Assembly: GCF_964355755.1 (NCBI RefSeq)
Contig: NC_092675.1
Location: forward strand, 22,664,912-22,728,911
DNA length: 64,000 bases
Source of the DNA: Antedon mediterranea
Lineage: Eukaryota; Animalia; Echinodermata
Reading direction: 5' to 3'
A model generated the notes under the pieces. It saw nothing but the letters and a program-made list of their open reading frames with translations, ran no database searches and was not told where the DNA came from. Numbering within the stretch: position 1 is the first letter of the stretch; every line of letters begins with the position of its first letter. A program made the translations under genes and the position numbers. Of this stretch, positions 11,656 through 25,595 are shown one piece after another.

Positions 11656-14600
11656 CAAAAAAAACAAGAAAACATAAAGTAAATTTTCACACCACCTCTA
11701 TTGAACCATTTACATTTCAAATTAAAATTCGGTCAGAATAACAATTTTGACATTCTACATTACATGACATGACATCTAACCAGCACAATCTTTTCAAGAA
11801 AATAATCCGTACTAAAAATGCAATGATGATGTAAAAGCCTATACTATACCATACAAACAAGTATAGAATATTATTCATGTTAATTTCACCGAATGCTTGA
11901 ACCTTGTTATCATTATACTCACAGTTTTATTAAGTTTTCATTTTGAATTAATTGCAAAATGGCTGGAGAGCTACAATCTTAAATGTGGTAATCTATAAAG
12001 AAGCTACAATTTGTTATGTTATTTTTTTTTAATACAGTACTACCTGTTTTTCTATAAAGTGGCATTACAGATTATTTTTTTCAATATAAAACCTGTTTAT
12101 CATGTATTTCTTGGTTGTAGGTGGTTGGTTGTGATAATAGTAAAATGTCTGCACTATTTATTAAAAAAAAATTTATATCTCATCTCATTTATCATCGCAT
12201 GTTTCATATTTCATCTGCAGGCAAGTCACAGCTCATTAATAATAATATACAGATTTGCTATTAAATACAAACAATTTTTTATGAAAACTACGGAAATTAA
12301 TTATAGCATGTTAAGAATTGCTTAAAGCGATATATATGTTTAGTGAAAATTTAAAAAAAATGACAAACTAAGAAATTAAAAACATGTCTTTGTATGTATT
12401 TCATTAACACATTATAAATATTTGATAAGCAAATATGTTTTGTACTATAGTAATATTTTATTTTATTTGAGATACTGCACTTACATATTAAATATGTGTC
12501 ATAGTAAAATTAATATGAGTTCGTGATATTTTATTAACAGTGAAAAAGTTAATGAGACATTAGGTATAATATTAATATAAATTCCTTGGTTAATATGACT
12601 CGATTGCATTATGTAAATATTGTGAGATGTAATGATCTTACTGAGGTTGATTTTCATAGCCTTTTGATCGTATGTAACATGTACAGAATGTGGTCAGGTG
12701 TATTTCTTCATTTCCATGGAAACTAATTTCAGAGTACGTAGAGCAGTTTCCTAATGTACCGTACACACAAACTCCTAGAACGTTGTTATAACATATATCA
12801 TGAATTTATTTTCATTGCAGAGATTAAAATCACTGCTATTGAAAGACAAATATTTTCAACTGTAAGAGGTAAAAAAAGGTTCAAAATAACAAAAGTATAT
12901 CTTAAACTTTAAAATAAATAAATAATAAAATATCGCCGACTAGACCATACCATACTGTAAAAAATTCAGGCATAATGTAGTTGAAGATCGATGACTCACA
13001 GAGAGGCCATTTTTCTACTTAATATTTCTTAATCGTTGCAAAAATGATCTACTGTAAGTGATGATATGAGAAAGATTCTATTAGTTAGAGTATATGAATT
13101 TACTTTAACTATTTTTATCAGTAAAAAAATAATTACTATTCCATTTTTAAGTTGTCGCCAAGATCCGAGGTATGTAAACATTATTAAATAAATCAAATCC
13201 TGGTCATAAAAATAATACTATTTAAAATTTTTATTTGGTAATTACATTGTAGGATGATGAAATCTGTAAAATTCCTGTTTCCTCAAGAACTGTAAGTCAA
13301 TCAATTAGGTTTTAATGACGATTAATTGAGGTATAGTCAACAATTTAATTTGATTAAAATTAAGTGCCATCAAAATAAACAATTCACGCCTGGATTACAT
13401 GATTGTATCAATTTAACAGTAAACATTGTCAGTGTGTTAAGTCAATCATTGGTGCAGAGGATAGTTAATGTTTCTGCTACATCAAAGTAAGTGATCAGTG
13501 CTGCCAAGATTTGCACGACAGAAGGGCCATATGCCCTGATGGGGCTGTGCATGCAAAGTATCTAATGACCTGGGGGGTTACAAAAGTCCCCCAAAAGCTT
13601 GGAAAGAAAATATAAATTAGAAAACTAAATGTGTTTTTTAACAGCCTTTTCATACCCAGCAGTATGTCATCACTAAATGCTTACAGTTTGCTTGTGAAAA
13701 AAATATGTGCATCATTTTTTTTTAATGAAACCAGTTCTAAATTAGTTTATAATGGATAAAAACCAGCAGATGTTTTTCATTTCATTTAAATTTAGTTCAA
13801 CATCTAATATCAGTTGAAAGTAATTAAGAGACAATATAAAATGATAAGAATAGAAAATGAAATACATTTGAAAAATCTTTGTCATAAAAAGCAATGAATA
13901 TAGTATTGAATATACAGTAGTACGTCATATGTACATATATAAATTAATAATCAGAATTCAGAATCCATAAATCATATCACGAAGCTACTCAGTAAATCAA
14001 GAAGAACTTCATTTTATATCATCTTTTATTTATGCTTTCAAAACCACAATACACGTAAAGATGGTACAAACAGAAAAACAAGGCAAAGGGTATGTTCAGA
14101 TACATGGACTTATTGCAAGCAAGGTTGTCTTATAATTAACAGACTTGATTAACGCGTTTTATACAAACTGAACATCTGGTATGCAAGAGCAAGGGCCTGT
14201 TCAGACCTACGGCTTTCATATTGTACGCGACGAACAACTCCATAGATCTGAACCAGGAAAAGATTAGTGGAAGCCACCTCGTACAACACGGATCTTTCGT
14301 TCATCACAACAGCTCAAGGTACAAGATTAGTGAACACCGCATACAATACGAAAGTCATGCATAAACTATTTTGACCTCTAACCAATCATATTTACTCCTG
14401 CGTACCAGATGTTCGCCCAAATCGGTGACAAACATGTGAGAGGTGACAAACATGGTTGTGAGGGTACAGTAGATTATGACATCTTTAATTATTAGTTTTC
14501 ATAAAACACAGTGCCTCGTTTTTAAAAAGGCATATAAGTTTGTGTCTATGTCATCAAATCCAAGAAAAGAGTTCAACCAATGACTACAAAGTGATTTCAT

Positions 14601-14949
14601 TTCATAGTATCTACAAAAATACAGAAGGTCAAAAGATACAATGAAAGCTATTATTTCAAAATTTAACAAGGAAAAGCTTTTACGTTATTAATTATTTAAA
14701 AAAAAATTGGCAAATATAGTAATTAATTTGTCCTTATGTACATTTTCTATCTCTAATGGCAGGGACAATGAATAGCAAATTACACAGTATAAAGTAACTT
14801 GTACAGAATACATGAAATCTACTTTTGCTTAATTAGTGCAATTTTACTTTAATATGACTAAATGGCTTAAAACCATTTATCAAGTCTTGTCTACATTTTC
14901 ATTAAAATCTTTCTTTTACTTTCTGTAAATGTAAAGGTCAGCAATTTAA

Positions 14950-15062
14950 GCTTGGTTCCCACTTGGACGCAAAAGAGGACATACTTGTAGGCACAACGCA
15001 CGTGAGTGGGCCAATCACAAGACACAGTTTGGACAATCTATCAGGTCGTGATTGGTTAAATT
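14950..15062. mobile_element. MITE fragment of the gcttggttcccact family (Harbinger-like)
   Basis: Starts taa-gcttggttcccactt. Related degraded copies are at about 4255-4350 and 22317-22460. Confidence 0.55.
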
Positions 15063-15084
15063 ACTGATACTGATATTAAATTAA

Positions 15085-15710
15085 AGACCCCTTCCCTGCA
15101 ATTTTGGACGTTTTTTGGAAAATAATACATATATATCACTTTAAAAACATTAAACCATGTCATTCCTTGTCTTAAATGTACGTTTTATGGTAAATTATGA
15201 TAAAAAGTGAGAAACAATGCACTACCTAAGTAGCTCGCGGCGATCGACCTCTTGTGGACGGTCATAGGCCTAGCCTGCCTAGGCTTAGTTTTGTAGGCCT
15301 AGCTGGTAAACATCGGTAACGTGCGAACATCGTACGCTAGCTATATACCTAGCCTGACGTTGTATAGTTGCTGCATTAATTGTCTTTCTATTTTTGCCAG
15401 ACTCCGTTGATACAAATTGGGGAAAACCCGGTATTTTCGCTGAAAAGTTAGGAGTCTTCCATTTGTTTTGGCCTCACGATTGATCGAAAAGTGGGCGAAT
15501 TACAGGTGAAAAACAAAAATATCAATCCGCGCGCAATGCATTTTGGGATTTATAGCGGGCCGCTATAATCATTAAAATCGACTTATTTTTCACATTTTTA
15601 ACCGTTTAAAGACGAAAAAAGTTATCGCAATAGGACCATATAGTATTATTTTTACATTAAATATAGTTTGTGATCTTAAATTAGATCTAAAAAACGTAGG
15701 GAATGGGGCT
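15085..15710. mobile_element. Non-autonomous Kolobok-like DNA transposon
   Basis: TTAA target duplications (15081-15084, 15711-15714), AG...CT termini and imperfect TIRs agaccccttccct / agggaatggggct. Confidence 0.75.
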
Positions 15711-17985
15711 TTAACTGATAGAATTACTTGAAAAAAGCTATGCTAAAAACTAAATATTTCTGCAAGCCAAATCTAAAGCCAGAAAACTATCACGGTTTAT
15801 GTGAAGGTTCATGAAGTGAAAACATGACTTGTTCACTTTTTTTATATGAACTTGAAGTTTGGTGGCAGCAAACCCAGTTAGAAAATGAAACAGTTAGAAA
15901 ATGAAACATACAGTAAATGAATAATAGAGGGCAGTATAACTAAAACATCTCTTCTGAATTCTCAAGCCTCCCACACAATAAATACTTTACTTCAAATAAA
16001 TCATCCAAATTTATATTCAAATTCTTTATTGCAACAAAGTAAACATTACACTGTACAATGAAGTAGGCAGTACTTGAATCTAACCCAATCTTGGAAACAC
16101 CATTATTACTGTACCTTTTTTACAGATGATCAGAAACTCTATTGACACATAAATGCACTAAAAACAAAATTAATTTGTCATATTTATTATTCTTTAATTA
16201 TTTTAATAATAAATATTCTCTATTCTTCTCAATGGGGTACAGTAGCAATCCTGTCCACAAGACAAACCAGAAACACACTGTACACAAACAAGGTCTTTAG
16301 GAATATTATTACAGTATTATGTGTGGAGTTAATGACGAACACTGTTATCCTCTAAAAAAACAACTTTTACATTTTATATTAATTTTATATACAAATTATT
16401 TTTCTGAAGGTGAATTTTATGAAGATGTTATTGAATTATTAACTGACATGGAATACCCAGAGCAGCCTCCTCCATCAATTGATTTGCACCGTATCGCTAT
16501 GAGCAGTGGTGCAAATCTTAGTAACTGAATTCAATATGTTAGCTAAATAATTCATTCCTAAAATTACCTCTCAAGAGTTTACATTTATTGCCAAGTCCAG
16601 ACATTCTAAAGATGCATCACAGCCATTCAGGAATGTATAATTTATAATGCCAATTTAAATTGTAAGAATTTAATCAATAATGAAAGCATCATTAAGTGGC
16701 CATTTTAATTACTGTTTACATAGTTTTCCTAAGCCTACAATTATAGAAGAGCATATTTGATTTCCATTTATTATATTTTATTGGCAACTTTTCTAATAAT
16801 TTGTAAATAATATCGTAATAATATTTTTTTGTGATTTTATAAATACATATTATTTTCATTAAAAAAAATATATAATTATTAATAGTCCGATTCAAAATAC
16901 AATAGTGCTATAATCACTGAAAAGGGTCGTATTTATAAAACATGCTTTAATAGCAAAAGTATCATCTTAAATTGCTTTTAAGTCAATTATGTTGCATTCA
17001 TTTTTTAAATTAACCAGCTACATACATATATTTACATATGTTTTTCTTTAATCTTAGATAATGAAATCTGATAAGATAAAAAGAACTGATTGGACAAATA
17101 AAACCTTATAATGTTAACTTAAGCACTTAACTACAGTACTGTCAGTACAGTATCGTGACAAGCAAAACAATAAATGGTGGCTAGGAGGTTCCCTGCATGT
17201 AGTATGGATACAAATGATCAGGTTCACAGGTAAATTATAAAGAATACAAACTTTTGAATGTTTCAGTGAATTTATACTATATTTACACTGTACCATAATC
17301 TGATGAATACAACATAGATAATAAATCGGATACAGTACATTTTGTTCTCAGGCTTATTTCTAGAAATTAACATAAGTGCTCAAAGCAAATGAACGTAAGT
17401 GACTGAAGGTGGAAAAACTGTCATGAATAATGAGACATCAGATATTTTCTAGAGACTACTACTATTGTATGGTACAGTGTGTAAATAAATTTAAGGCAGA
17501 TCACTGTTGTGATTGTAAAAGATCTTTTTTCTTTTACAGCCTATCAAGTATTTAACATCATGCATACTTGACCACTATGACCAATCATAGAAAACAAAAA
17601 CACAGTAAATAATAAGAATCAGACATTTTAAACTGATTCATTTTTTGGAAATTATTAGTCTACAAAGTGGAAAGTGTCTTACAGTATAGTTTCACTGAAA
17701 CTCCAGCAGATCCACATTGGTAGAAGTGGAAAAAGGCTCAAATAAAGATGCACTTCAAAAACTATCCTCAAAAAAGCAAACACCGAAATCTAACACTTCA
17801 GTCACTTTGCTTTCTTTATACAGTACTACAGAATGGAATCAGATTTAGTACACCCAAAAGATAGAAAAACTTGTGGTTGCATTTTACACATGGAGAAACA
17901 GTCAAAAGTAGAATCCTGGACCACCAGTCTGATGTCAAACAAAAGAACACTAATTTAAGGTATTCAACAAACAAGATCAAATATG

Positions 17986-18366
17986 GCTATACGGCTTTAC
18001 CACATTGAAACACCGGATCTCGTCAGATCACTTTGAAGTTAAGCAACATTGGGCCTGGTTAGAGCTTGGATGGGAGACCAATTCTGGGAATATCGGGTGC
18101 TACATATGGAGCTGGAGTCCGGTTAGGCATTTGAAATGAGCATTGATGACTCTTATGGCAGCCTCTGCATCTACTGTAGTATCTGCCTCAGACGTATTGG
18201 CCCATGCCTTTCCTCTGGTCAAGGTGGGTACTGGATGAGAGAAGCCCTTGATCAATGTTAGGACCAATCAAGGTGCTTTAAACAGTTCTGGCTTTCTTTG
18301 AATCAAACCTATTAGTGGCGGTAATTATCGCTGTTGGTTTCGATTGAATAAAATAAAATAAATAAG
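17986..18366 (+). mobile_element. 5S rRNA-derived SINE (SINE3-type); head is a diverged 5S copy
   Basis: 17986-18103 aligns along its length to eukaryotic 5S rRNA (gatctcgtcagatc, gaagttaagc, gggcctggttag, cttggatgggagacc, ctgggaatatcgggtgct) and has no TTTT terminator. It is followed by a body of about 200 bp, a terminal stem-loop (18301-18345) and an (aaata)n tail. Confidence 0.85.
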
Positions 18367-19383
18367 AAAATAATCAATGAGTAAAAAGGCTTTCTGAACT
18401 TAAACAAAACTCAGTCATTATCCAGAAAGAATGTTAGAACATTCATCTCGATAAGAAAAGCTAAAATACAATCAATAGATGAAGAAGGAAACATCATTCA
18501 GATAAAGAAAAAAGATTGAACTTTGGAAGTAAATGTAGGCTCTATCAGGATAATTTTTTTGTTATCCAAACACATAGGGAGAAATTTGTACCTATGCCTT
18601 TAGCAGACACACAAGATCACTCAACAATATTGGGAATCTTCCTGTCGATACTTGATAGTCTGGAACCATCTACAGTATGCTTTACCATCCTGAACCAAGC
18701 AATCAGCAAATCTGCAGTATGCCAAGTGACAAATTGTACTTTGAATTAGCCAATTAATTAAACTGTGTATGAAATAAATTGAACTGAACAAAACTGAGAA
18801 ATCAATTTGAATTTATAGAATTCATTGAATATTTTCAGGACATATTATGTGACCTTTTAGTTTAAACGATCAATCATCTTTTCTTATTAATGTCAAAACA
18901 AGAAATTTCGGATTAGATCTTTAATCTGGACAGGTAGCTTAAAAGACAAAAATGTTTAGCAATTTATATCACGGAAAGAAAATAATGGATGGAATGATTA
19001 GGTAGCATACACAGCAATCTCCAAATGTGCAATGTTCCAATCCTATCAGCTAGTAGTAGTTAAGTAAGTTAAGACTAGACTAAACTGAAGTTTATTAAAA
19101 TTTAAACAAATTTAAAAAAAGTGTAATTTCTGTTTATAATTTGAATTTGTTTGAGAGAAGAAAGAACTCTCATTAACAATCCCATGAAGTTTTGCAACTT
19201 TATACAATACAACTCTGTAGGCATTTCTGTTGGAACACATATTGTTATGTTGTAATTATATTATCTACTCTACCTTCAATTTTAGAGGATAAATTATACC
19301 GATGCTAAAAAAATGTAATTAATTAAAAAAACATTTTTTAAAAGGATAACTTTTACTGTATGCTGAAAATATAGTACTATTAA

Positions 19384-20021
19384 GACCCCATTTACACTTA
19401 CGTTTGGGTCCAGGGCCGGTTGCAAATATTTACCTTTTAGGCCGGCCCCAGAGCGTTTACACTAGCGACGCAGATTACTGGTCGTAAATAATTTTATCGG
19501 AAGTACCATTGCATGCTGGGATACGAAGTACAGTTTGTTTACATTTTTCTCTCTCGATCGTCAATTCACAACTCTCCGCGCGAACCGACTATTTTATATT
19601 TATACTGTATTGTTGTTTTTTTGTCCCATTAAAAACAAAATGAACTCCACTGTTTTATATATAATATGGCTGTATTTTATGTATATGCGAAACAAGCGGA
19701 GGAATACTTTATTGAAAGAAGATGTCTGAAAATAAATTTAACTATATAAATGATGAAGAAAACAAATTGTCGCCCGAAAAGGAGGAAGGTATGTACTGAA
19801 AATGTTGGATCGTCATAACAACAACCTCATGAAAAGGTCAAACGTTGTTCACAGTTCACTGGGTAAGCCGGCCCAAACGTAAAAGCCGCTCCTGAACCTA
19901 CAGTACCTGGAGAGGTGGCCCAGATCTGCGTCCGGCCCAGGGCCGGCCTAACTTTTTGGAGTATTTACACTTATCAATTGCCGACCCAGGGCCGGCCTAA
20001 ATCGTAAGTGTAAATGGGGTC
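19384..20021. mobile_element. PIF/Harbinger-like MITE
   Basis: Perfect TIRs gaccccatttacacttacg / cgtaagtgtaaatggggtc, TAA duplication on both sides, and repeated ccagggccggcc subterminal motifs. Confidence 0.9.
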
Positions 20022-21925
20022 TAAGTAATCCTACCAATGACTCTACTATCAACATGTGAGGAGGCATAACAAGTATATTTAGAAGATGTTTAATTTTGTT
20101 TACATTACATTTACAACCTCCTTAATTAATTATTAAACAATATTCAACCATACACTTTTTATCAAATCATTTAAAATATCTAATCTTTAGATTTATTAGA
20201 GAAATAAATTTCTTTTGTTTTCTTTTCGATATCGCGATATAATAAATTATCTTAATTTCACAAGGCAAATAAATTCAATTTGATGTACAGTATCAATTTT
20301 GCCTAAGAAGTCAATTCTAATTTAAATTACATTGTTGCTGCATATATATTTCCTTGGTTACTGTATGCCTCTAGCCAATAACATTAATCAATTGCATATT
20401 TATTATTTGATTTCAGAAAATTGTTTTCACATGTTCCATTGACGGTACCAATAAAAATTATTATAATACAGTAGTATCCAAAATCAATATTTTATCATAC
20501 TGTACAGAACATTATTCCTAAAAAACATTAGTTGTTACTTTCATTACATTAAGTATCAACATTATTTGTATATTTGAATACAAATAATGAATGTTTAATG
20601 AATCATTTACCTCCATGGTAATGGGAAAAATTTCATGAGTTGGCAGATTGTTCTAGAACAAGCAGGGTTTCAAAGAATTCAACACACCTGCTTTTCAATA
20701 AACTTTTATTCAATTAATCCTCTGCTTCCATGTTGAATCAATGTTGTGTCTATGCTAAGCAATCCAAAAAGGTAGACTTCAGATTTTGGCCATTTAGAAG
20801 TAAAAAACTATAGGGCAACAGGTTGCTTTTTTTTTGTTGAATTGCCCAACAGTCTCCGTTTCGTGTTGGAGTGAGCCTTGGACTTCCACTGTTTTACACT
20901 ATTTAAACAGCCACTCACTATAATTTATAGCTGAAGGTGTTTATTTATTAAACCATATTTAAGATGGAACTGAAGTAGGCTGAAATTTTAAAAGCAAATA
21001 CATTGATGGCACTCACAGACACCCTCTCCCAACATCCCACCCCCTTCAAGTTATGCTTTTTCTTTCTTTGGAATTATGAAACTGAAAAACAAAGACAAAT
21101 GTTTTCTTCGTGTGTGTGTTAAGGTTTTATACAGTAAAATATTTTTACCATGATGGCACTCATATCAGCAAGAACTACAGAAGTATGACAACTCCCTGGT
21201 ATGATGTACCGTTAGTTTTAACCTGTGTATTTACTATTAAAATTACAGGAAACGATATAAACTATGGTTCTGATTGGTTGAAATGGGTTGATCGATACTG
21301 TATGTTCTGACCTGCTTCTAAAAAATATGCATTGTAAATCAGTTGCTTTTTTGCAAATGTAGTTGATACTTTCAATCACCGTTGATTACATAATACAAGT
21401 GTTTTTCTGAATATGCTATTGTGTATTTTGCTTCAATTTGTATACACTATTTTAAGCTTACCATAACTACTGATTGTAGTAGAAAAAAAAGCTTTAAACA
21501 ATAATTAAAGTCAAAAGTCTCTTGAAACAATATATGTTTAATGAGCTACAGTATGCTGAATTATATACCGATACCCATACTATGTGCTGCTATCTTTGAC
21601 CTCTCTACAACCTGAATGTGCAAGATGTATAGATGGCCGAAAACTCAAACAAACATGTTCGATTCAAAGAAATTATTTTAAAAAAAACATGTTTTACAAA
21701 AATGGATTCAAACATGTAGCCTAAAAAAGAGAAATCATGTGTCCCAACGTGAACGGCATGATCATTATCAGCATGGTTTAGTAGGAGATATTAAAGGCTT
21801 TGGTCTGCAAGTTATACGGTATAACTCGGGATAGTAGTGAAATACTTAATCAAACTGTCTACTCTGCCCTTATATGCACGTAACTGGTCTCTATTGGAGA
21901 AACATACTAAAATTAGTATTCTTAC

Positions 21926-22101
21926 CATGAGTTTAAGTCTTCCACTTCTTTGTCAAGTGACTCACATGATCCGGTAATCTCTATTCTTGGTCCAATCCAT
22001 AATGATCTCGGTTTTAACGTCTCAGTTTCAGCTGACCTATCTTTGCTATTGTTTGATTTGATTGGATAAAACACAGATCCCCCACTGGATGTCCTAGATT
22101 C
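21926..22101 (-). CDS. Internal coding exon (176 nt, phase 0-2) of an unidentified gene, ESRTSSGGSVFYPIK...WIGPRIEITGSCESLDKEVEDLNS(W)
   Basis: Acceptor cccttttttgaacag| and donor tg|gtaaga. Only one frame is open. It contains the PxIxIT motif PRIEIT. Confidence 0.75.
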
Positions 22102-23105
22102 CTGTTCAAAAAAGGGAATCAAAATATTGATTGATTGAATCAAGAATTGAAAATAGTATGTAGGATAATGCATGAAATTTATTTATTGTTCGGTGTAGGC
22201 TTAAGCTAGTATATTGGAACTTTGAAACACTGTAGTATTAACTATTATTTTATGTGTACAGTACATACACGTGTTTGGTGACAACATGATAGCAACATAA
22301 ATGATGACAAAATAAAGTATGGTTCACACTTGGACACATCATAGAAGACCACCGTAAATAATTTGATCAATCATGGATCACCCAAACTGTTGCTTGTGAT
22401 CGGTCATTTGCAATTGCATTGCTTGCACCTACGTTTTTGCAATGCATCCAAGTAAGAAGCATAAATAGTGGTGGGCCTTTATTTTATTTTTAGCGAGGTA
22501 AAATTAATATTCAAAAAGGTATATGTTTATAGGCAACTGCTGCGCATTTATTAATAGTAATACATAGTACACATAAACTCATTTAATTAAAACACATTTC
22601 TTTATTATGATTTTCTAGTAGTAAGAAGGAATTAAGAATGGATGGCATATATTTTGCCTTTGGTCATTTATTGATATAATAATAATAAAAAAATGGTCTG
22701 AAAATATTTCCAAGCTGGATGATACCAATCTCGATTTCTTCTTCCTGGTATATATATTAAATACTGTAGCATAAAATAAAATACCATCATTTTGGTTCTG
22801 AGACTCACTGGGACTGGTTGCAATTGAAGACACAGGTTGTTGCTGCAACAACAATTATTACGGTATATGCACAATCTAGCGCATGCTCAATAGAGACATC
22901 TCCGATAGCACCTTGGAAATGGGACTCGTGCGTCTTCATTCATAGTACAGTACGTATAATAAATACACATAAAGGCTATTGAAACACACGTGGCCTGCCT
23001 GGCTGGGCTATAACATTTCTAACCCTTTACATTCTCCTAATGTTACACTTCATACTGACTGATAAATGCGCATGTATTAGACGTATTCTACTTAAATATT
23101 CCTAC

Positions 23106-23153
23106 CTGTTTAGTGGACGGAAAAGTAAATTTTCTGCGCGGCGGCGGAGGCAT
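23106..23153 (-). CDS. Candidate alternative first coding exon MPPPPRRKFTFPSTKQ (phase 0)
   Basis: aaatATG start, strong donor cag|gtagga and CpG-rich sequence. It is in phase with exon 21926-22101. Confidence 0.5.
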
Positions 23154-23388
23154 ATTTTGCAAAACAAAATAGTTTTACTATCAAAGGTTAAAGGTTAACC
23201 GGCTATTCTATTGTTTTTCATAGTCATTCCTATACAATTTAATACATAATACATTTAAAATTTAAAAACATAGAATAAATAACATAAACATTTTTAAAAA
23301 TAGAATTAAAAACACAAGAAACCAGTAATTGAAACTAGATTTTATAGTGACGTCTAGCACGTTCACTCAAAATTGTTTGTCAATTTAC

Positions 23389-23418
23389 CCACCTCGGGAA
23401 AATTGTGGATCCGCCCAT
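23389..23418 (-). CDS. Candidate alternative first coding exon MGGSTIFPRW (phase 0)
   Basis: aaaATGg start and donor tgg|gtaaat. An alternative donor ag|gtgggt would be phase 2. Confidence 0.3.
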
Positions 23419-23915
23419 TTTGGATGTCTGCTATTGGACAAAAGTTATGGACCAGCATATCATGATTATTAATTCAAAGTATTAAATTATTTATCGTAAA
23501 ACCAATTTGATATTAAATATTATTTCCAATTATATTCCTTTTTACCGTACTGCAGTATTCGTCATAATGAACATGAACGTGCCATGAACAAATCAATCCT
23601 CATGAATCTTTCTTATTTTTACAGAAACAATTAAAACAAAGAAGCACCATTTTCCACATCACCGTGACACGGTGTTCAAAACACATAATGTTAATAAAGG
23701 TATTGTTTAATGATAGTAATGTACACCCCCTCACCACTAGTAACGCCATTATACACTAATAAAAGAAATTATTGAGCAGGCGCATCACAAACAGTCTATT
23801 GATGGTATCACTTAAAAATTAATGGACCAACACCTGGAAATGTATACGTGATCCTAAAACAGAGTAATTCCCATAATAAAATCCTACAGTATTGTAAAGG
23901 CTAAGATCTACCAAC

Positions 23916-23948
23916 CTCAACAGTTGCCGTTTTGCCTGCTGGGTACAT
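23916..23948 (-). CDS. Candidate alternative first coding exon MYPAGKTATVE (phase 0)
   Basis: ATG, 11 codons and donor gag|gttggt. Support is weak. Confidence 0.22.
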
Positions 23949-25001
23949 CGTATGAGAAATGTAATAATGTCAACGATGATGAACACTATCGTTTCTCAAA
24001 CTCAAGTAATTATTATGAAGAATAATCTTCTGATTGTAATCACTGCAAAAGATGAATATTGTAAGTACAAGACCATCTTCGAGGCACGCTTCACTAGCTA
24101 CAGATTGTACACAGTATCGAAAAATAATGTATTTTCTTACAAAGAAACCGGATCGATTCTCTACAATGATTGATTCAGAATTTGCAAATGGGAAAGAAAA
24201 TAATTAAAATCAACTGAGTTGTTCACTTTAATTGGGTACACACAGGGCAATTCTTGTATAATATAATATTGAATCGTCAGGTAGCTTAGTTAGTTCCACT
24301 CTTTATCATCAATATTGTTGGGTAAATTAGGGCGAAGCACTCAAGACATCATTTGGATCATGATTGTAAAAACTGGATTGAATTGACGCAATACATAAAT
24401 CTACATCTACATTTTTGTAGTGACTATTTTAATATATAGTATTATAAGTCTAAATAAGTATTCAAAGTTTTGATATAAAAGAAGTATAAATATAAAGTTA
24501 TATTATAGGTCTATACCCGGAATTTTACTATGATTGCTAAATCCAAAGCTTCCAAGATTATCAATGCACTGGTGTTTTTTCAAAAACATTGTTTACATAT
24601 TTATTTATTTCTTAAAGTGTTCATGTAGGCCAAAACTGATGCAAAACAGTATTATATTTGTTTTTACTTGGTTGCCCATCGGGACCGACCATTTAAATTG
24701 GTAGTTGCCCTACGTACGTATGTGGTGACCCCGGCCCGAGGCAACTGATTATGCAAGAAGTTATATAGTCTGTATATATGCATTAGTACATGCAAAATAC
24801 ATTAAGACAATAGTTTTCTAATTAAAAAAAAAGTTAAATACTCCAAGAACCTAGGAATAATGTTTTAATTCTGAAATTAAATACACTAAATTATATAGCA
24901 CCCTCTAGAGGTTTAAATTATGAAATCAACTAAATCACTGATCCAATTCACATCTAATACTCTACTCGTTTCGGTTGATTAACTTGGGCCTAAAACGTTA
25001 A

Positions 25002-25595
25002 AGCTCAGGTACAGGCATGAATTTTAAATATAATATTTGGTTAATTGTATATAAATCAAATATTTGTAACAGAAATCACGACGAAAAAACATGAATTTCC
25101 CTTAATATGGTCAAATACAAAATTTGGCACAATTCTTCCATAAAAACCAGGAAGAATTTTTTTCAGTAGTTAGGTAGTTAACCTAATGTAATAACATGTC
25201 TTGTGACTCCCTAGAAGGTGAAAAAATGTGGTGGATATACGGTGGATAATTTTTGCTATAGCATGAAAATAGAAATTTGAAGTTGAATAAAAATTCCAGA
25301 AATGTAATATTCAAGTTATATTACCTATACTTAGTCATCTGATAAAATTTTTTACCACACTGTTTATTTTTCGTAGCTTTTTAAAATGCCTCTCTATTTA
25401 CAAAATTTGTGTACAAAAGAATAGAGATTTTACTGTGTAATTTGAACTATCCCCCCACTGATAAGAAAGTGCTTATTTTCAACAAGCTCGTGTAACACAA
25501 ATAAAATCCCAAAAATTATGAAACATAGGGGAAACTATAGATCGATAATTATTGGAATGTATGATCAATAGAAATTTTTTGCCCGCACCTGGCCT
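25002..25595. mobile_element. Non-autonomous Kolobok-like DNA transposon
   Basis: TTAA on both flanks and TIRs agctcaggtacaggca / tgcccgcacctggcct. A related fragment is at about 39325-39475. Confidence 0.75.

Noticed and set aside
17986-18103. Functional 5S rRNA gene
   Set aside because: It has multiple substitutions and insertions, no oligo-T terminator, is a single copy and is fused to a SINE body.
22615-22940. ORFs 22615-22854 and 22668-22874, and a Cys-rich peptide before a gtgagt donor
   Set aside because: The starts are non-ATG with an upstream in-frame stop, and there is no consistent exon model.
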